From: Candidatus Poribacteria bacterium
GTDB taxonomy: Bacteria; Poribacteria; WGA-4E; WGA-3G
NCBI GenBank assembly: GCA_003635255.1
Contig: PYJC01000133.1
Span: 6,686 to 70,685 of the forward strand
Reading direction: 5' to 3'
DNA length: 64,000 nucleotides
Of the stretch, positions 19,032-28,227 are shown piece by piece (positions within the stretch are counted from its first letter, which is position 1; each line of letters opens with the position of its first letter). The notes under the pieces were generated by a model that had not been told where the DNA came from, did no database searches, and worked only from the letters and a program-made list of their open reading frames with translations. The position numbers were made by a program, and so were the translations under genes.

Positions 19032-19997
19032 ATGCAAATTTTTCGAGCAAACTTGTTCAAGGCGTGGGCATTAAGCGTTTCAATCTTTATTCTGTTTGGG
19101 ATTATACTCTGCCTCGCTGTCGCAGGTTCAATTGAGGTCACAGATGCTGAGGGGAAAACTGTCGTTATCACCTCAGCAGAACGTATTGTGAGCCTGAACG
19201 GCAGTACGACCGAAATCCTCTTCGCTCTGGGTGTTGGCGATAATGTGGTCGGTTGCGATGCATCGTCAACGTATCCGAAAGGTGTGAAAGACAAGCTACC
19301 GAGTGTCGGATATCAGTATGGACTGAACGCCGAAGGAATCCTCTCCTTGAATCCGACACTGATAATTGGGCGCGATGATGTGCGACCACCGCAAGTCGTG
19401 CAACAACTCCGCATGGCGGGTGTAACCGTTCTATTGCTTAAGGAACCCCGCTCTTTTGAGGCTGCCAAACAACGGTTGTTAACGATCGGTAAAGCAGTCG
19501 GACACGAGAAAAAGGCTAAGGAATTGACGAAGGCTTTGGATACTGATATTGAGAAATTGGAAGCCAAACTCGCTTCACGAAAAGAGACACCAAAACAGAA
19601 AGCACTCTTTCTCTATCTACGGGGAACACAAACCACACTCGTGTTAGGGACCGACACCGCACCGGGAGCAATGTTTGATATTGTTGGAGCTGAAAACGCA
19701 GCGGGAAACATCAAAGGAAGCAAACCGATGACAGCAGAAGCCGTAATTGCCGCACAACCCGATGTCTATGTGCTGTTCACTACAAGTCTGAAATCTATTG
19801 GTGGTATTGACGGATTGCTCAAATTGCCGGGCTTGGCACATACACCCGCGGGAGAAAATAAACGGATTGTGACGCTGGATGGACAATATTTGGCAGGATT
19901 CGGTCCGCGTTCTGGGCGCGCTGCACTCGACCTCTTCCGAGGTATTTATGAAACCGATGGATATTTCGTTGCCACTGGAGACGAAGAACGACCTTAA
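19032..19997 (+). CDS. hmuT: haemin ABC transporter substrate-binding protein (HmuT/ShuT-like, class III PBP)
   Basis: GGAGG precedes the ATG at 19032. It has a signal peptide and the motifs RIVSLNGSTTEILFALGVGDNVVG and PDVYVLF. hmuUV-type genes lie downstream. Confidence 0.75.
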   Translation: MQIFRANLFKAWALSVSIFILFGIILCLAVAGSIEVTDAEGKTVVITSAERIVSLNGSTTEILFALGVGDNVVGCDASSTYPKGVKDKLPSVGYQYGLNAEGILSLNPTLIIGRDDVRPPQVVQQLRMAGVTVLLLKEPRSFEAAKQRLLTIGKAVGHEKKAKELTKALDTDIEKLEAKLASRKETPKQKALFLYLRGTQTTLVLGTDTAPGAMFDIVGAENAAGNIKGSKPMTAEAVIAAQPDVYVLFTTSLKSIGGIDGLLKLPGLAHTPAGENKRIVTLDGQYLAGFGPRSGRAALDLFRGIYETDGYFVATGDEERP

Positions 19998-20039
19998 TTT
20001 GAGATCCAAATAGGTTGTGCTTACCCTAAGGAAAGATTT

Positions 20040-21212
20040 ATGAGAAACAGATTTTCCATTTCACTGATTTGGGTCGCCATATTCATAGTGACAGCAAACA
20101 CCTTTGCCCAAGATTTCACACAATCGGATTTACCAGAAGGTGCTAAAGCCCGCCTCGACAAAGGTAGAATCAATGAAATAGCGTATTCTCCCGATGGCAA
20201 GCATCTCGCGGTAGCGAGTGGCACTGAGATTTGGCTCTACGACGCGCAAACGGGTAAGGAACTTGAACTGCTTGCAGAGCATACGGATGCGGTCATCAGT
20301 ATAGCATTTAGTTCAAATGGCAAAACCCTTATGAGTGGTGTTTCGGACGGTACTGTCGGTATTGTGCATCTATGGGATGTCGCGACTGGCAGCAAGATAC
20401 GAACACTTACAGCGCACGCTGGAGCCATTAACGTAGCGTTTAGTCCGGATGACAGCACCATTGCAAGTGGTAATAGGGACGGTATCATCCGTCTATGGGA
20501 CGTTGCAACTGACAGCGAGATACGAACCCTTAAAGGGCATGTAGGTTGGGTCAGCAGTATAGCGTTTAGTCCAGATAGTGAGACGCTTACCAGTGGTGGC
20601 TCAGACCGCGCTGTCCGTCTGTGGGATGTCGCAACTGGCAATGAGATACGAACATTCACGGGACATACAGATGCGGTTATCAGCATAGCATTCAGCCCCG
20701 ATGGCAACACCATTGCAAGTGGGGGGGCTTGGCAGGAAGGCATCGTCCATTTGTGGGATGTTGCGACTGGAAACGAGATACAAACCCTCACAGCACATAC
20801 AGACGCAGTCGTTACCTTAGCATTTAGTCCAGATAGCAAGACCCTCGCAAGTGGTAGTAGGGACAACACGCTCCGTCTGTGGGATGTTGCGACTGGAAAC
20901 GAGATACAAACCCTCACAGCACATACAGACCCGGTTATTGGCGTGGCGTTTAGTCCCAATGGCAACACACTCGCAAGTAACGGATTAGATGGTACGGTAG
21001 TGTTGTGGGAGCTGCAGCCCACTGCACCAGAGTATCTTGTTGAGGATGTCAACAAGGACGGTGTTGTTAACATCCTTGACCTAACTTTGGTTGCGTCTAA
21101 CTTCGGTAAAAGTGGAGAAAACGTTGCGGATGTCAACGCAGATGGTCTCGTGAATATACTGGACCTGACGTTGGTTGCTGCAGCATTTGGAAATAGTGCA
21201 GATGCGCCTTAA
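20040..21212 (+). CDS. secreted WD40-repeat protein with C-terminal type-I dockerin-like module
   Basis: It has a signal peptide, about 7 units of ...LWDVATG.EI.TLT(G/A)HT..V.S(I/V)AFSPDG.T(L/I)ASG and a C-terminal DVNKDGVVNILDL...DVNADGLVNILDL (21039-21209). Confidence 0.85.
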   Translation: MRNRFSISLIWVAIFIVTANTFAQDFTQSDLPEGAKARLDKGRINEIAYSPDGKHLAVASGTEIWLYDAQTGKELELLAEHTDAVISIAFSSNGKTLMSGVSDGTVGIVHLWDVATGSKIRTLTAHAGAINVAFSPDDSTIASGNRDGIIRLWDVATDSEIRTLKGHVGWVSSIAFSPDSETLTSGGSDRAVRLWDVATGNEIRTFTGHTDAVISIAFSPDGNTIASGGAWQEGIVHLWDVATGNEIQTLTAHTDAVVTLAFSPDSKTLASGSRDNTLRLWDVATGNEIQTLTAHTDPVIGVAFSPNGNTLASNGLDGTVVLWELQPTAPEYLVEDVNKDGVVNILDLTLVASNFGKSGENVADVNADGLVNILDLTLVAAAFGNSADAP

Positions 21213-21335
21213 ATATGAACACACTATTTGGTGAACGCACTTACACTATGGATTAGGATCTACGCAATTTTCTCATGAAACCCTGCGTAGACTTTGACAA
21301 GAAAACATCAATGCAACGTATAGGAGGATATTTAG

Positions 21336-21950
21336 ATGGGACGATATACCGGACCCCGGTTAAAAAAGATGCGGGCTTTAGGCGTAGAATTACCAGGTCT
21401 TTCACGGAAATCAATAGCCAAACGCCCCCATAAACCGGGAGAACATGGACAAACTACCCAGAGACCTAAAGACTATAAACTCCGTTTATTGGAAAAACAA
21501 AAACTGCGTTTTAACTATGGTATAAGTGAACGTCAACTCCGTCGAATTGTTCGCGAAGCCGTGAAAAGTAAAACACTAACGGATGACAAAATTATCGAAC
21601 TACTTGAACGACGTCTCGATAACGTTGTGTTCCGAGGTGGACTCGCGCCGACAATCCCTGCTGCGCGTCAATTAGTCAACCACAACCACATGACGGTTAA
21701 TAATAAACGGGTTAACATCGCATCATATCGAGTTAAAGTTGGCGATGTAATTCAATCACGCGAAAGAAGCATGAAACTTGAACCGATTCAGGTTGCCTTA
21801 TTAGACGGACCTCAATTGAACCTCCCTGAGTGGCTTGAATTTGACGAAACAACAGCGTCAATACGGATTTTAGCACTTCCAAATGCCGATGCCGTCCCTT
21901 TCCCGTTAGAAATGTCCTTGGTGATAGAATTCTATTCGCGTCTACTTTAG
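21336..21950 (+). CDS. rpsD: 30S ribosomal protein S4
   Basis: MGRYTGPRLKKMRALG... N-terminus and an S4 RNA-binding domain (RRLDNVVFRGGLAPTIPAARQLVNHNHMTVNNKRVNIASYRV). Confidence 0.95.
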   Translation: MGRYTGPRLKKMRALGVELPGLSRKSIAKRPHKPGEHGQTTQRPKDYKLRLLEKQKLRFNYGISERQLRRIVREAVKSKTLTDDKIIELLERRLDNVVFRGGLAPTIPAARQLVNHNHMTVNNKRVNIASYRVKVGDVIQSRERSMKLEPIQVALLDGPQLNLPEWLEFDETTASIRILALPNADAVPFPLEMSLVIEFYSRLL

Positions 21951-21986
21951 TGCTTCTTTTAAATTTCTCAAGTGAACGGAGTTCGC

Positions 21987-23246
21987 ATGAAATCAACACT
22001 GTTTTTCTGTCTGTTTTTGACATTTATACTCGGAGCGCGTGCTGAAGATCTGGCTCCCCAAAAAAGTACTACGCGATGGACAGGTTTTCGCGGAAACCAC
22101 GGCAATAGTCACACCACCGCAATTAATCTGCCGCGCACTTGGAGCGAAACTGAAAATATCGCATGGGCAACTGATTTGCCAGGCTATGGTCAGTCAAGCC
22201 CAGTTGTTTGGGACGGAAAGGTTTTCGTCACTTCAAGCAAAGGGCCAATGAAAGAAACGCTTGTTGTGTTATGTATCGAAGTAGGAAGCGGCGAAGTGCT
22301 GTGGACAAAACGCTTTGAGGCAAGTCATAAAACCGAGCGGGCAGATATGATTTCACAAGCAGCACCAACCCCTGCAGTAGATGCCCAATATCTATATGCT
22401 TTCTTTGAAAGCGGGGATATCTTCGCATTGAACCACCAAGGTGAAAAAGAGTGGCACCGTTCACTTACCAAGGAATACGGACCATTTATAGGAAATCACG
22501 GAATTGGCAGCTCAATCGCCCAAACTGACGCCGCAGTAATTCTGCTAATCGATCACAGTGCTCCCTCATATCTACTGAGTATCAGCAAAACAGACGGCAC
22601 AAATCTCTGGAAACGTGATCGAGAGAAACGTGTGTCGTGGACCTCTCCTATTATTAGCACTGCCGCGGACGCAACGGAAATCCTTATTAGTTCTAACGGT
22701 ATCGTTGAAGCGTACAACGCCGAAAACGGTGAACGACACTGGTATGTAGAAGGAATCCAGAAAAATACAGTTCCCTCACCGACAGTGACAGACGAATGGG
22801 TCGTCGTCGGTTCCTCACAAAAAGGAGAAACGCTTGCCATCGCGCGGGGCGGCACCGGCGATGTTACTGAAACTCATATTCGTTGGAAAGCGGATGTTGC
22901 TTCAAGTTTCGGGTCTCCCTTAATCCACCGCGACAGTGTGTATGTTGTCAATAAGGCAGGCGCACTGTCTTGTCTCAACCTTGAGACAGGTGGTGTATTT
23001 TGGACGACGCGAATCGGCAGTTCGACTTGGGCATCACCGATCATCGCAGGAGATATGCTCTACTTCTTTGGCAAAGATGGGGACACATCTGTAATACAAA
23101 TCTCCTCAGAACAACGTACAGAGGCTCCTCCCACCGTGAGCATCAATGCCTTAGCGACAGAAAGCCGCGTTTACGGGGTGGCAGCTATCAATGGCGCATT
23201 CTTGATCCGCACAGGCAGAAAGTTGATTTGTGTCGGAAAACCGTAA
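21987..23246 (+). CDS. secreted PQQ-like (BamB-type) beta-propeller repeat protein
   Basis: The ATG at 21987 gives the signal peptide MKSTLFFCLFLTFILGARA. It has repeated W...G..SSP(V/I)... propeller blades. Confidence 0.65.
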   Translation: MKSTLFFCLFLTFILGARAEDLAPQKSTTRWTGFRGNHGNSHTTAINLPRTWSETENIAWATDLPGYGQSSPVVWDGKVFVTSSKGPMKETLVVLCIEVGSGEVLWTKRFEASHKTERADMISQAAPTPAVDAQYLYAFFESGDIFALNHQGEKEWHRSLTKEYGPFIGNHGIGSSIAQTDAAVILLIDHSAPSYLLSISKTDGTNLWKRDREKRVSWTSPIISTAADATEILISSNGIVEAYNAENGERHWYVEGIQKNTVPSPTVTDEWVVVGSSQKGETLAIARGGTGDVTETHIRWKADVASSFGSPLIHRDSVYVVNKAGALSCLNLETGGVFWTTRIGSSTWASPIIAGDMLYFFGKDGDTSVIQISSEQRTEAPPTVSINALATESRVYGVAAINGAFLIRTGRKLICVGKP

Positions 23247-23287
23247 AAACACGGTTGACCACTCATAGAACGCTTATAAGTCTACCT

Positions 23288-24283
23288 ATGCAAAAGCGAA
23301 CGAAAATTCTGCTCATCCTGATCGGCGTGCTTCCAGTATCAATGTGCATCGCAGCAGGTGTAGGTGCGTATCAGATCCTACCCTGGCGTATCCCTGAAAT
23401 ACTATTTTTTAAAAAGGACGGTTTCGCAGTCCTTGTTCACGTCCGTTTTCCGCGGGTCATTTTATCCGCCGTCGTTGGCGCGATGTTGGCAATATCAGGG
23501 GCAACACTGCAAGGTATTTTTCGCAATCCGCTGGCAGATCCCGGATTAATCGGTGTCACAGCAGGGGCAGGGTTGGGCGCGACGATCTGGATCGTCTTGA
23601 TCGGTGGCGGTGCGTTAGGTATATGGGGACTCCCTGTCGCCGCTTTTGCATGTGGAATGCTCGTGACGGTCAGTGTCTGGAAAATCGCCGAGGGAGAAGG
23701 AAAAGTCAGCACCTTAACGTTGCTACTCGCAGGCATTGCGCTCAACAGTTTCGCTGGCGCGGGGATAGGTCTAATGACATTCCTTGCTGACGACGAGCAG
23801 CTCCGAAGTCTTACCTTTTGGTTGCTCGGTGGGTTCGGTGGCGCGACGTGGCAAGTTGTCTTTGTAACGCTGCCAATTGCAGCTATAGGGCTACTTGTGT
23901 TGTCGCGGCAGGCAGCGGCACTGAATGCAATGAGTTTGGGCGAATCTGAAGCGTATCACCTCGGCGTTTCAACGGAAACACTGAAAAGATGGTCAATTTT
24001 TGGGGTCGCGTTGACGGTCGGCGCAGCGGTCTCTGCCGCGGGGGGTATCGGTTTCGTCGGGCTTGTCGTTCCACATCTCTTGAGACTTTTGGGTGGTGCT
24101 GACCATCGCTATGTGCTACCGGGTTCAGCAGTGGGTGGTGCAATACTGTTGGTCCTGGCGGATTTGTTCTCCCGAACCGTTGTTGTGCCTGCTGAATTAC
24201 CTGTAGGTATCGTCACCGCATTCATCGGGGGTCCCTTTTTCTTGTGGCTGCTGCTTAGGTTCAAACGCGAGGTTCTTCTATAG
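23288..24283 (+). CDS. hmuU: haemin ABC transporter permease (FecCD family)
   Basis: I chose the ATG at 23288, because the ORF extension back to 23000 overlaps the preceding gene. It has FecCD motifs (GATLQGIFRNPLADPGLIGVTAGAG, LLLAGIALNSF, GGIGFVGLVVPHLLR). Confidence 0.85.
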   Translation: MQKRTKILLILIGVLPVSMCIAAGVGAYQILPWRIPEILFFKKDGFAVLVHVRFPRVILSAVVGAMLAISGATLQGIFRNPLADPGLIGVTAGAGLGATIWIVLIGGGALGIWGLPVAAFACGMLVTVSVWKIAEGEGKVSTLTLLLAGIALNSFAGAGIGLMTFLADDEQLRSLTFWLLGGFGGATWQVVFVTLPIAAIGLLVLSRQAAALNAMSLGESEAYHLGVSTETLKRWSIFGVALTVGAAVSAAGGIGFVGLVVPHLLRLLGGADHRYVLPGSAVGGAILLVLADLFSRTVVVPAELPVGIVTAFIGGPFFLWLLLRFKREVLL

Positions 24284-24292
24284 GGAGGAGTA

Positions 24293-25066
24293 ATGATGGT
24301 TAAATTGGAAAACGTTGGTTACCAGATCGGTAAGCAGTGGTTAGTCCGAAACATCAACGTTACAATTGAAAACGGGGCGTTATGGGGACTCGTCGGTCCC
24401 AACGGTGCTGGAAAATCGACACTCCTGCGCCTAATTTCTGGTGAACTCTTGCCAACGACAGGCGAAGTTCGGATTTTCGGGAAACCTATTCAGAGTTACC
24501 CACCGAAAGAATTGGCACGCATCCGGGCTTATCTCCAACAGAAACGGGACATAAATTTCCCCTTCACAAGCCTGGAGGTCGCGCTATTTGGGCGGCACCC
24601 GTATCTCAACGGCACAAAGGAGACTGTCGATGATGTCTCAATCGCCAAGGGCGCACTGCAGCGGGTGGAAGCGAATATGTTTGAGGAACGGCTTTATCCG
24701 ACGCTATCTGGGGGCGAAGCAAGCCGTGTTGACGTTGCACGGATTCTCACCCAAGCCCCAGACCTGTTTCTGTTAGATGAACCAACGAATCATCTGGATC
24801 CGAGATATCAAGTACGAATACTCAACCTATGCAAAACAATTTGCAGTCGAGGCAAAACCGTTATCACGGCAATTCACGATCTGAATCTTGCCTCAATGTG
24901 TGCAGATCAGTTGTTGCTGTTGAAAGATGGAGTTTCTGTTGCATCCGGACCACCGCAAACAGTCCTAACATTGGAACTCTTATCAGAAGTCTACAATATT
25001 CCATTTGATGTATTACCACATCCGGATGGCCACTTGTGGGTGATGCCTACCGTAGATCTTTCGTAG
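24293..25066 (+). CDS. hmuV: haemin ABC transporter ATP-binding protein
   Basis: Walker A GPNGAGKST, signature LSGGE, Walker B LFLLDEPTNHLD. Confidence 0.85.
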   Translation: MMVKLENVGYQIGKQWLVRNINVTIENGALWGLVGPNGAGKSTLLRLISGELLPTTGEVRIFGKPIQSYPPKELARIRAYLQQKRDINFPFTSLEVALFGRHPYLNGTKETVDDVSIAKGALQRVEANMFEERLYPTLSGGEASRVDVARILTQAPDLFLLDEPTNHLDPRYQVRILNLCKTICSRGKTVITAIHDLNLASMCADQLLLLKDGVSVASGPPQTVLTLELLSEVYNIPFDVLPHPDGHLWVMPTVDLS

Positions 25067-25220
25067 AAATTTCATCCATAATATTTGAAACAAAAAAACT
25101 TGAAATCCGTTCTAACCTGTGATATACTTGTAGATGCCCTGACAGAAAATTAAGAATCTACATTTTAACATAATCTGAAATACAAAACTTGCTATAATCA
25201 CTAATCATAGGAGACACACC

Positions 25221-25682
25221 GTGGAGCAAGCAAGAAACGACGCAATCATCGAAGAACTCATTCGCGCTTATTGGTTAGAGTTAGAGGCAACGATCAATTA
25301 TCTCGCTATTTCCGTCGATTTAGATGGTATTCGTGCTGAAGAGATTAAGAAGTCCTTGGCAGCGGATATTCAAACAGAGATTACACACGCACAAGAACTC
25401 GCCGCTCGTATCAAGGAGATCAATGGACGAGTTCCTGGCTCGTTCGCTTTTAAACCCGAACAAGCTTCGCTGCAACCACCAGAAAACTCAACGGACCTTG
25501 TGTCAGCAATCCATGGGGTTATTGAAGCGGAAAACGTCGCGATTGACCAATACAATAAGATTATTCGCCTGTGCGATGGGATAGACTACGTCACACAGGA
25601 CCTCTGCATCAAACTCCTCGCTGATGAAGAAACGCATCGCCGGGAGTTCAGAGGATTTCTCAAGGAATTTGAGAACGACTAA
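25221..25682 (+). CDS. ferritin-like di-iron protein (Dps/bacterioferritin-like fold)
   Basis: GTG start after AGGAGA. It has two ExxH motifs (EITHAQE, DEETHRRE) in a four-helix-bundle-like sequence. Confidence 0.6.
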   Translation: MEQARNDAIIEELIRAYWLELEATINYLAISVDLDGIRAEEIKKSLAADIQTEITHAQELAARIKEINGRVPGSFAFKPEQASLQPPENSTDLVSAIHGVIEAENVAIDQYNKIIRLCDGIDYVTQDLCIKLLADEETHRREFRGFLKEFEND

Positions 25683-25722
25683 TCCCATTAAAACGTACTG
25701 AAAGCGATTTCTGAAAAAGCGA

Positions 25723-25755
25723 ACAACGGGCAACAATGCCCGTTGTCTGTTTTTA
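25723..25755. terminator. rho-independent terminator between convergent genes
   Basis: acaacgggc-aacaat-gcccgttgt followed by ctgttttt. Confidence 0.7.
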
Positions 25756-25801
25756 AAACTAAAGTACAGAAAGCGATCACGACATGCACGGAAAAAGAAA
25801 C

Positions 25802-26431
25802 CTACTGCTTCTCAAGCACCATTTCTTCACCGTCAGGCGTTATTAGGATAAGCGTATCGTCCTGTTTCGTACAAGCCGAATGCGCAAAGGGTTGGATCAA
25901 ATCCGACCTGACCCCTTCGTCGTAATCTTGCTCTGCTTCTGCGAGTGCCATATCCAATGCGATCTGAAAAAAATCTTTGGGTTCAGTGGCTATGTGCACC
26001 TCAGATTCTTTTGTAAATATGGAGAGTGTCTGACCATCGAAGGCGTAACTCCCCAACCATGTTCCAGTCGCCTCAAGCGTAGCGGGCGGTATATCTGGGA
26101 AATCCATTACAGTTTTTTCCGCAAGATCGCAAGTCCACGAATCATCAGCCGCAAAAACGTAGTTAAGTCGTCTTACCGTGATCTCTGCTTCTCCGCCAAC
26201 TGTAAAAGATTCGAGGTATTCTTCGGGCGTTTTACCGAAAATTGAAACAACCTCCCAAAAACCGTACAATTCTTCATTTGCCAACGCCGAAACAGACGAT
26301 TCACCTGCTAAGGCTTCAGCCTTTTCTTTTTCTAACTCTTCAGGTGTTTTTAAATCCTCACCACAGCCGACCACGCCTAAAAGCATCAGACTCACAAGTA
26401 GGATCGAAACAACAAAATTTTTCTGAATCAT
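25802..26431 (-). CDS. hypothetical lipoprotein
   Basis: The ATG at 26431 is preceded by GAGG. Lipobox LLGVVGC. No recognisable domain. Confidence 0.55.
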   Translation of the reverse strand: MIQKNFVVSILLVSLMLLGVVGCGEDLKTPEELEKEKAEALAGESSVSALANEELYGFWEVVSIFGKTPEEYLESFTVGGEAEITVRRLNYVFAADDSWTCDLAEKTVMDFPDIPPATLEATGTWLGSYAFDGQTLSIFTKESEVHIATEPKDFFQIALDMALAEAEQDYDEGVRSDLIQPFAHSACTKQDDTLILITPDGEEMVLEKQ

Positions 26432-26489
26432 TGATTTCCTCACAGTAGTAGGCACGCTCCGCGTGCCGTCACACCCTACAGAACCGATG

Positions 26490-27380
26490 CTATAATCTCG
26501 TCTTCAACGCACCCCAGACCGTCGGCAACTTCTGCGCGGGTTCCACACTCAGTCCGGTTTTGGATTCAAAATTTTGGAATACTTCAGCATCGGTGAGCGG
26601 TCGGTTGTAAATACGGACCTCATCAACGATACCACGGAAAAATCCTTCCGCCTTGCCACGGTTGTTCCCCGCGCCAAGATAGACAGGTTCCGTGAACGGG
26701 ATAAAGATGGACTTCGGTAGTGTTATAGATACTCTTGGTCTGTGCCGTTCACCGTCTATGTAGATAACTTGTACGCCCGACTCACGCCCGGCTTCGTCTA
26801 CATAGGGCTCATAAACATAAACAATATGATGCCATTCTCCATCACAGATTGAAAGGAACCTTCTGGAATTGGAGGTGCTGCATCCATGCTTTAGGTTTAC
26901 GATCCCATGCTTGAAATCAGGCTCTCCGCCTTTATGCTTGATATAAAGGTTAATAACATCCGCAAGGAAAGCTCCATTTGATGCATTAAAATCCATTCCC
27001 CAACCCGCACAGTCTCGACCAATAACTTTAAAAAGCGTCATCCAATCTTCCTTGAAACCGGTTTTGACCCAAGCTTCAAACGTAGATGCGCCTATCTGAC
27101 TCCCAAAATCACCGAGGTTTGTCAAGTTCACATAATCGTCCGAACCATCAAATTCCAGAGCATCCTTCACCTGTCCAGCGACAATTTTTGGGGATCCTAC
27201 AATTGTCCCATCATTTTCACCCCAGATATCTCTGGCTGTCTTGCCAACAATGTCCTGCCGATCAAACGTCCAATAACTCACGAGTCCGTCTGTTACCACC
27301 GATTTTGTCCATCCGTTGTGACAAAACGTAGCAATGGTTAGCACGGATATAAAAAGAGAGATTAACTGCTTCATAGCCAC
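26490..27380 (-). CDS. secreted LamG / concanavalin-A-like lectin-fold protein with C-terminal KLPTVWGALK tail
   Basis: It has a signal peptide and LamG-like blocks (GLVSYWTFD..., ALEFDGSDDYV, IVDEVRIYNRPLT). Confidence 0.65.
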   Translation of the reverse strand: MAMKQLISLFISVLTIATFCHNGWTKSVVTDGLVSYWTFDRQDIVGKTARDIWGENDGTIVGSPKIVAGQVKDALEFDGSDDYVNLTNLGDFGSQIGASTFEAWVKTGFKEDWMTLFKVIGRDCAGWGMDFNASNGAFLADVINLYIKHKGGEPDFKHGIVNLKHGCSTSNSRRFLSICDGEWHHIVYVYEPYVDEAGRESGVQVIYIDGERHRPRVSITLPKSIFIPFTEPVYLGAGNNRGKAEGFFRGIVDEVRIYNRPLTDAEVFQNFESKTGLSVEPAQKLPTVWGALKTRL

Positions 27381-27424
27381 TACTCCTTAATAAGTTATTT
27401 TCGTCGCGATAAAACAATCCAATT

Positions 27425-28168
27425 TCACTGACTATCATTTTCCTCAATTTGCTGCGCTACAAAATCAACATGAACACCCTTTTTCAGAAACACAGTCCAT
27501 CGTTTTGGAAGCTTATCTCCGGCAATTCGGTCAATCTGTCCTATCACACGGATGAGAACGATCTGTTCCCTCAGCAACACTTTGTTAATCTCAACAACCG
27601 TCTCATTCTCACGAGGATTTTCAATCAATCCTGACACACCTATAATTCTATCACTTGGCGCAGGAAGCCCTGTCGATTGACTGACGATATCTGCCAGACC
27701 GTTCGTCCCGTATAACGCACTTGAATCGTTCCATTTCAAAACGCGAGTCGCATCGTATTGCTCAACAGTCGCCCCTATAAGATCATCTTGATACCCTTCA
27801 ATCGAAATCCAGTCGTCAACCTCCAGTTCCTGTTCCGCAGGCGTTAAATCCCAATCAATCTGTTTAGCCGCTGGTAGCGGTGATGTATTTTCCTTTTCTT
27901 CTACGGCCACAGGTTCCTGCGCAGACAGCACTTCCGGTTCTGGTGCTGTAATCTCCGCCGCAGGCGCGGTTTGGACGGTTTCCTGATCCGATACCACTAT
28001 CGGTGCTAACACTCCATTTGTTGAATCGGATACAGACACCACTTGTTTAGGATCTTCCACCAACTCCGCCGTATCCGGCGCGAAAATATACAAAAAAGCC
28101 GTAATCACAAAACCCAAGGCAGAGATACCTAACAAGATAAAGAAAGTAAACTTAAATACCGTTCTCAT
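27425..28168 (-). CDS. membrane-anchored hypothetical protein
   Basis: It has a single N-terminal TM (FKFTFFILLGISALGFVITAFLYIF), then a Pro/Glu/Ala-rich linker and a globular C-domain. Confidence 0.5.
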   Translation of the reverse strand: MRTVFKFTFFILLGISALGFVITAFLYIFAPDTAELVEDPKQVVSVSDSTNGVLAPIVVSDQETVQTAPAAEITAPEPEVLSAQEPVAVEEKENTSPLPAAKQIDWDLTPAEQELEVDDWISIEGYQDDLIGATVEQYDATRVLKWNDSSALYGTNGLADIVSQSTGLPAPSDRIIGVSGLIENPRENETVVEINKVLLREQIVLIRVIGQIDRIAGDKLPKRWTVFLKKGVHVDFVAQQIEENDSQ

Positions 28169-28227
28169 AAAGCCTCTCCTTCCTTTCAGATCCGCTTAAT
28201 GATGGTACGGAACAAGTCATCGTTTAC

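Noticed and set aside
20237-21136. A 299-aa minus-strand ORF opposite the WD40 gene.
   Set aside because: It is the antisense shadow of a highly repetitive gene. The plus frame has canonical WD40 blades, a signal peptide and a dockerin. The minus-frame product is low-complexity Ser/Thr/Ala/Leu with no start context.
23000-23287. A long N-terminal extension of the hmuU ORF (427 aa from 23000). Similar extensions exist at 5364-5564, 1036-1164 and 13254-13421.
   Set aside because: These extensions overlap the preceding genes or regulatory DNA and encode non-membrane junk. The internal ATGs at 23288, 5565, 1165 and 13422 give proper signal or TM N-termini, and two have good RBSs.
25098-25200. 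A Fur box upstream of the ferritin-like gene.
   Set aside because: Promoter-like elements are present (TTGAAA-17 nt-TATACT, and TGCTATAAT). The best Fur-like stretch (aattaagaatctacatttt) matches the local GATAATGAGTCTCATTWTC consensus too poorly to call.
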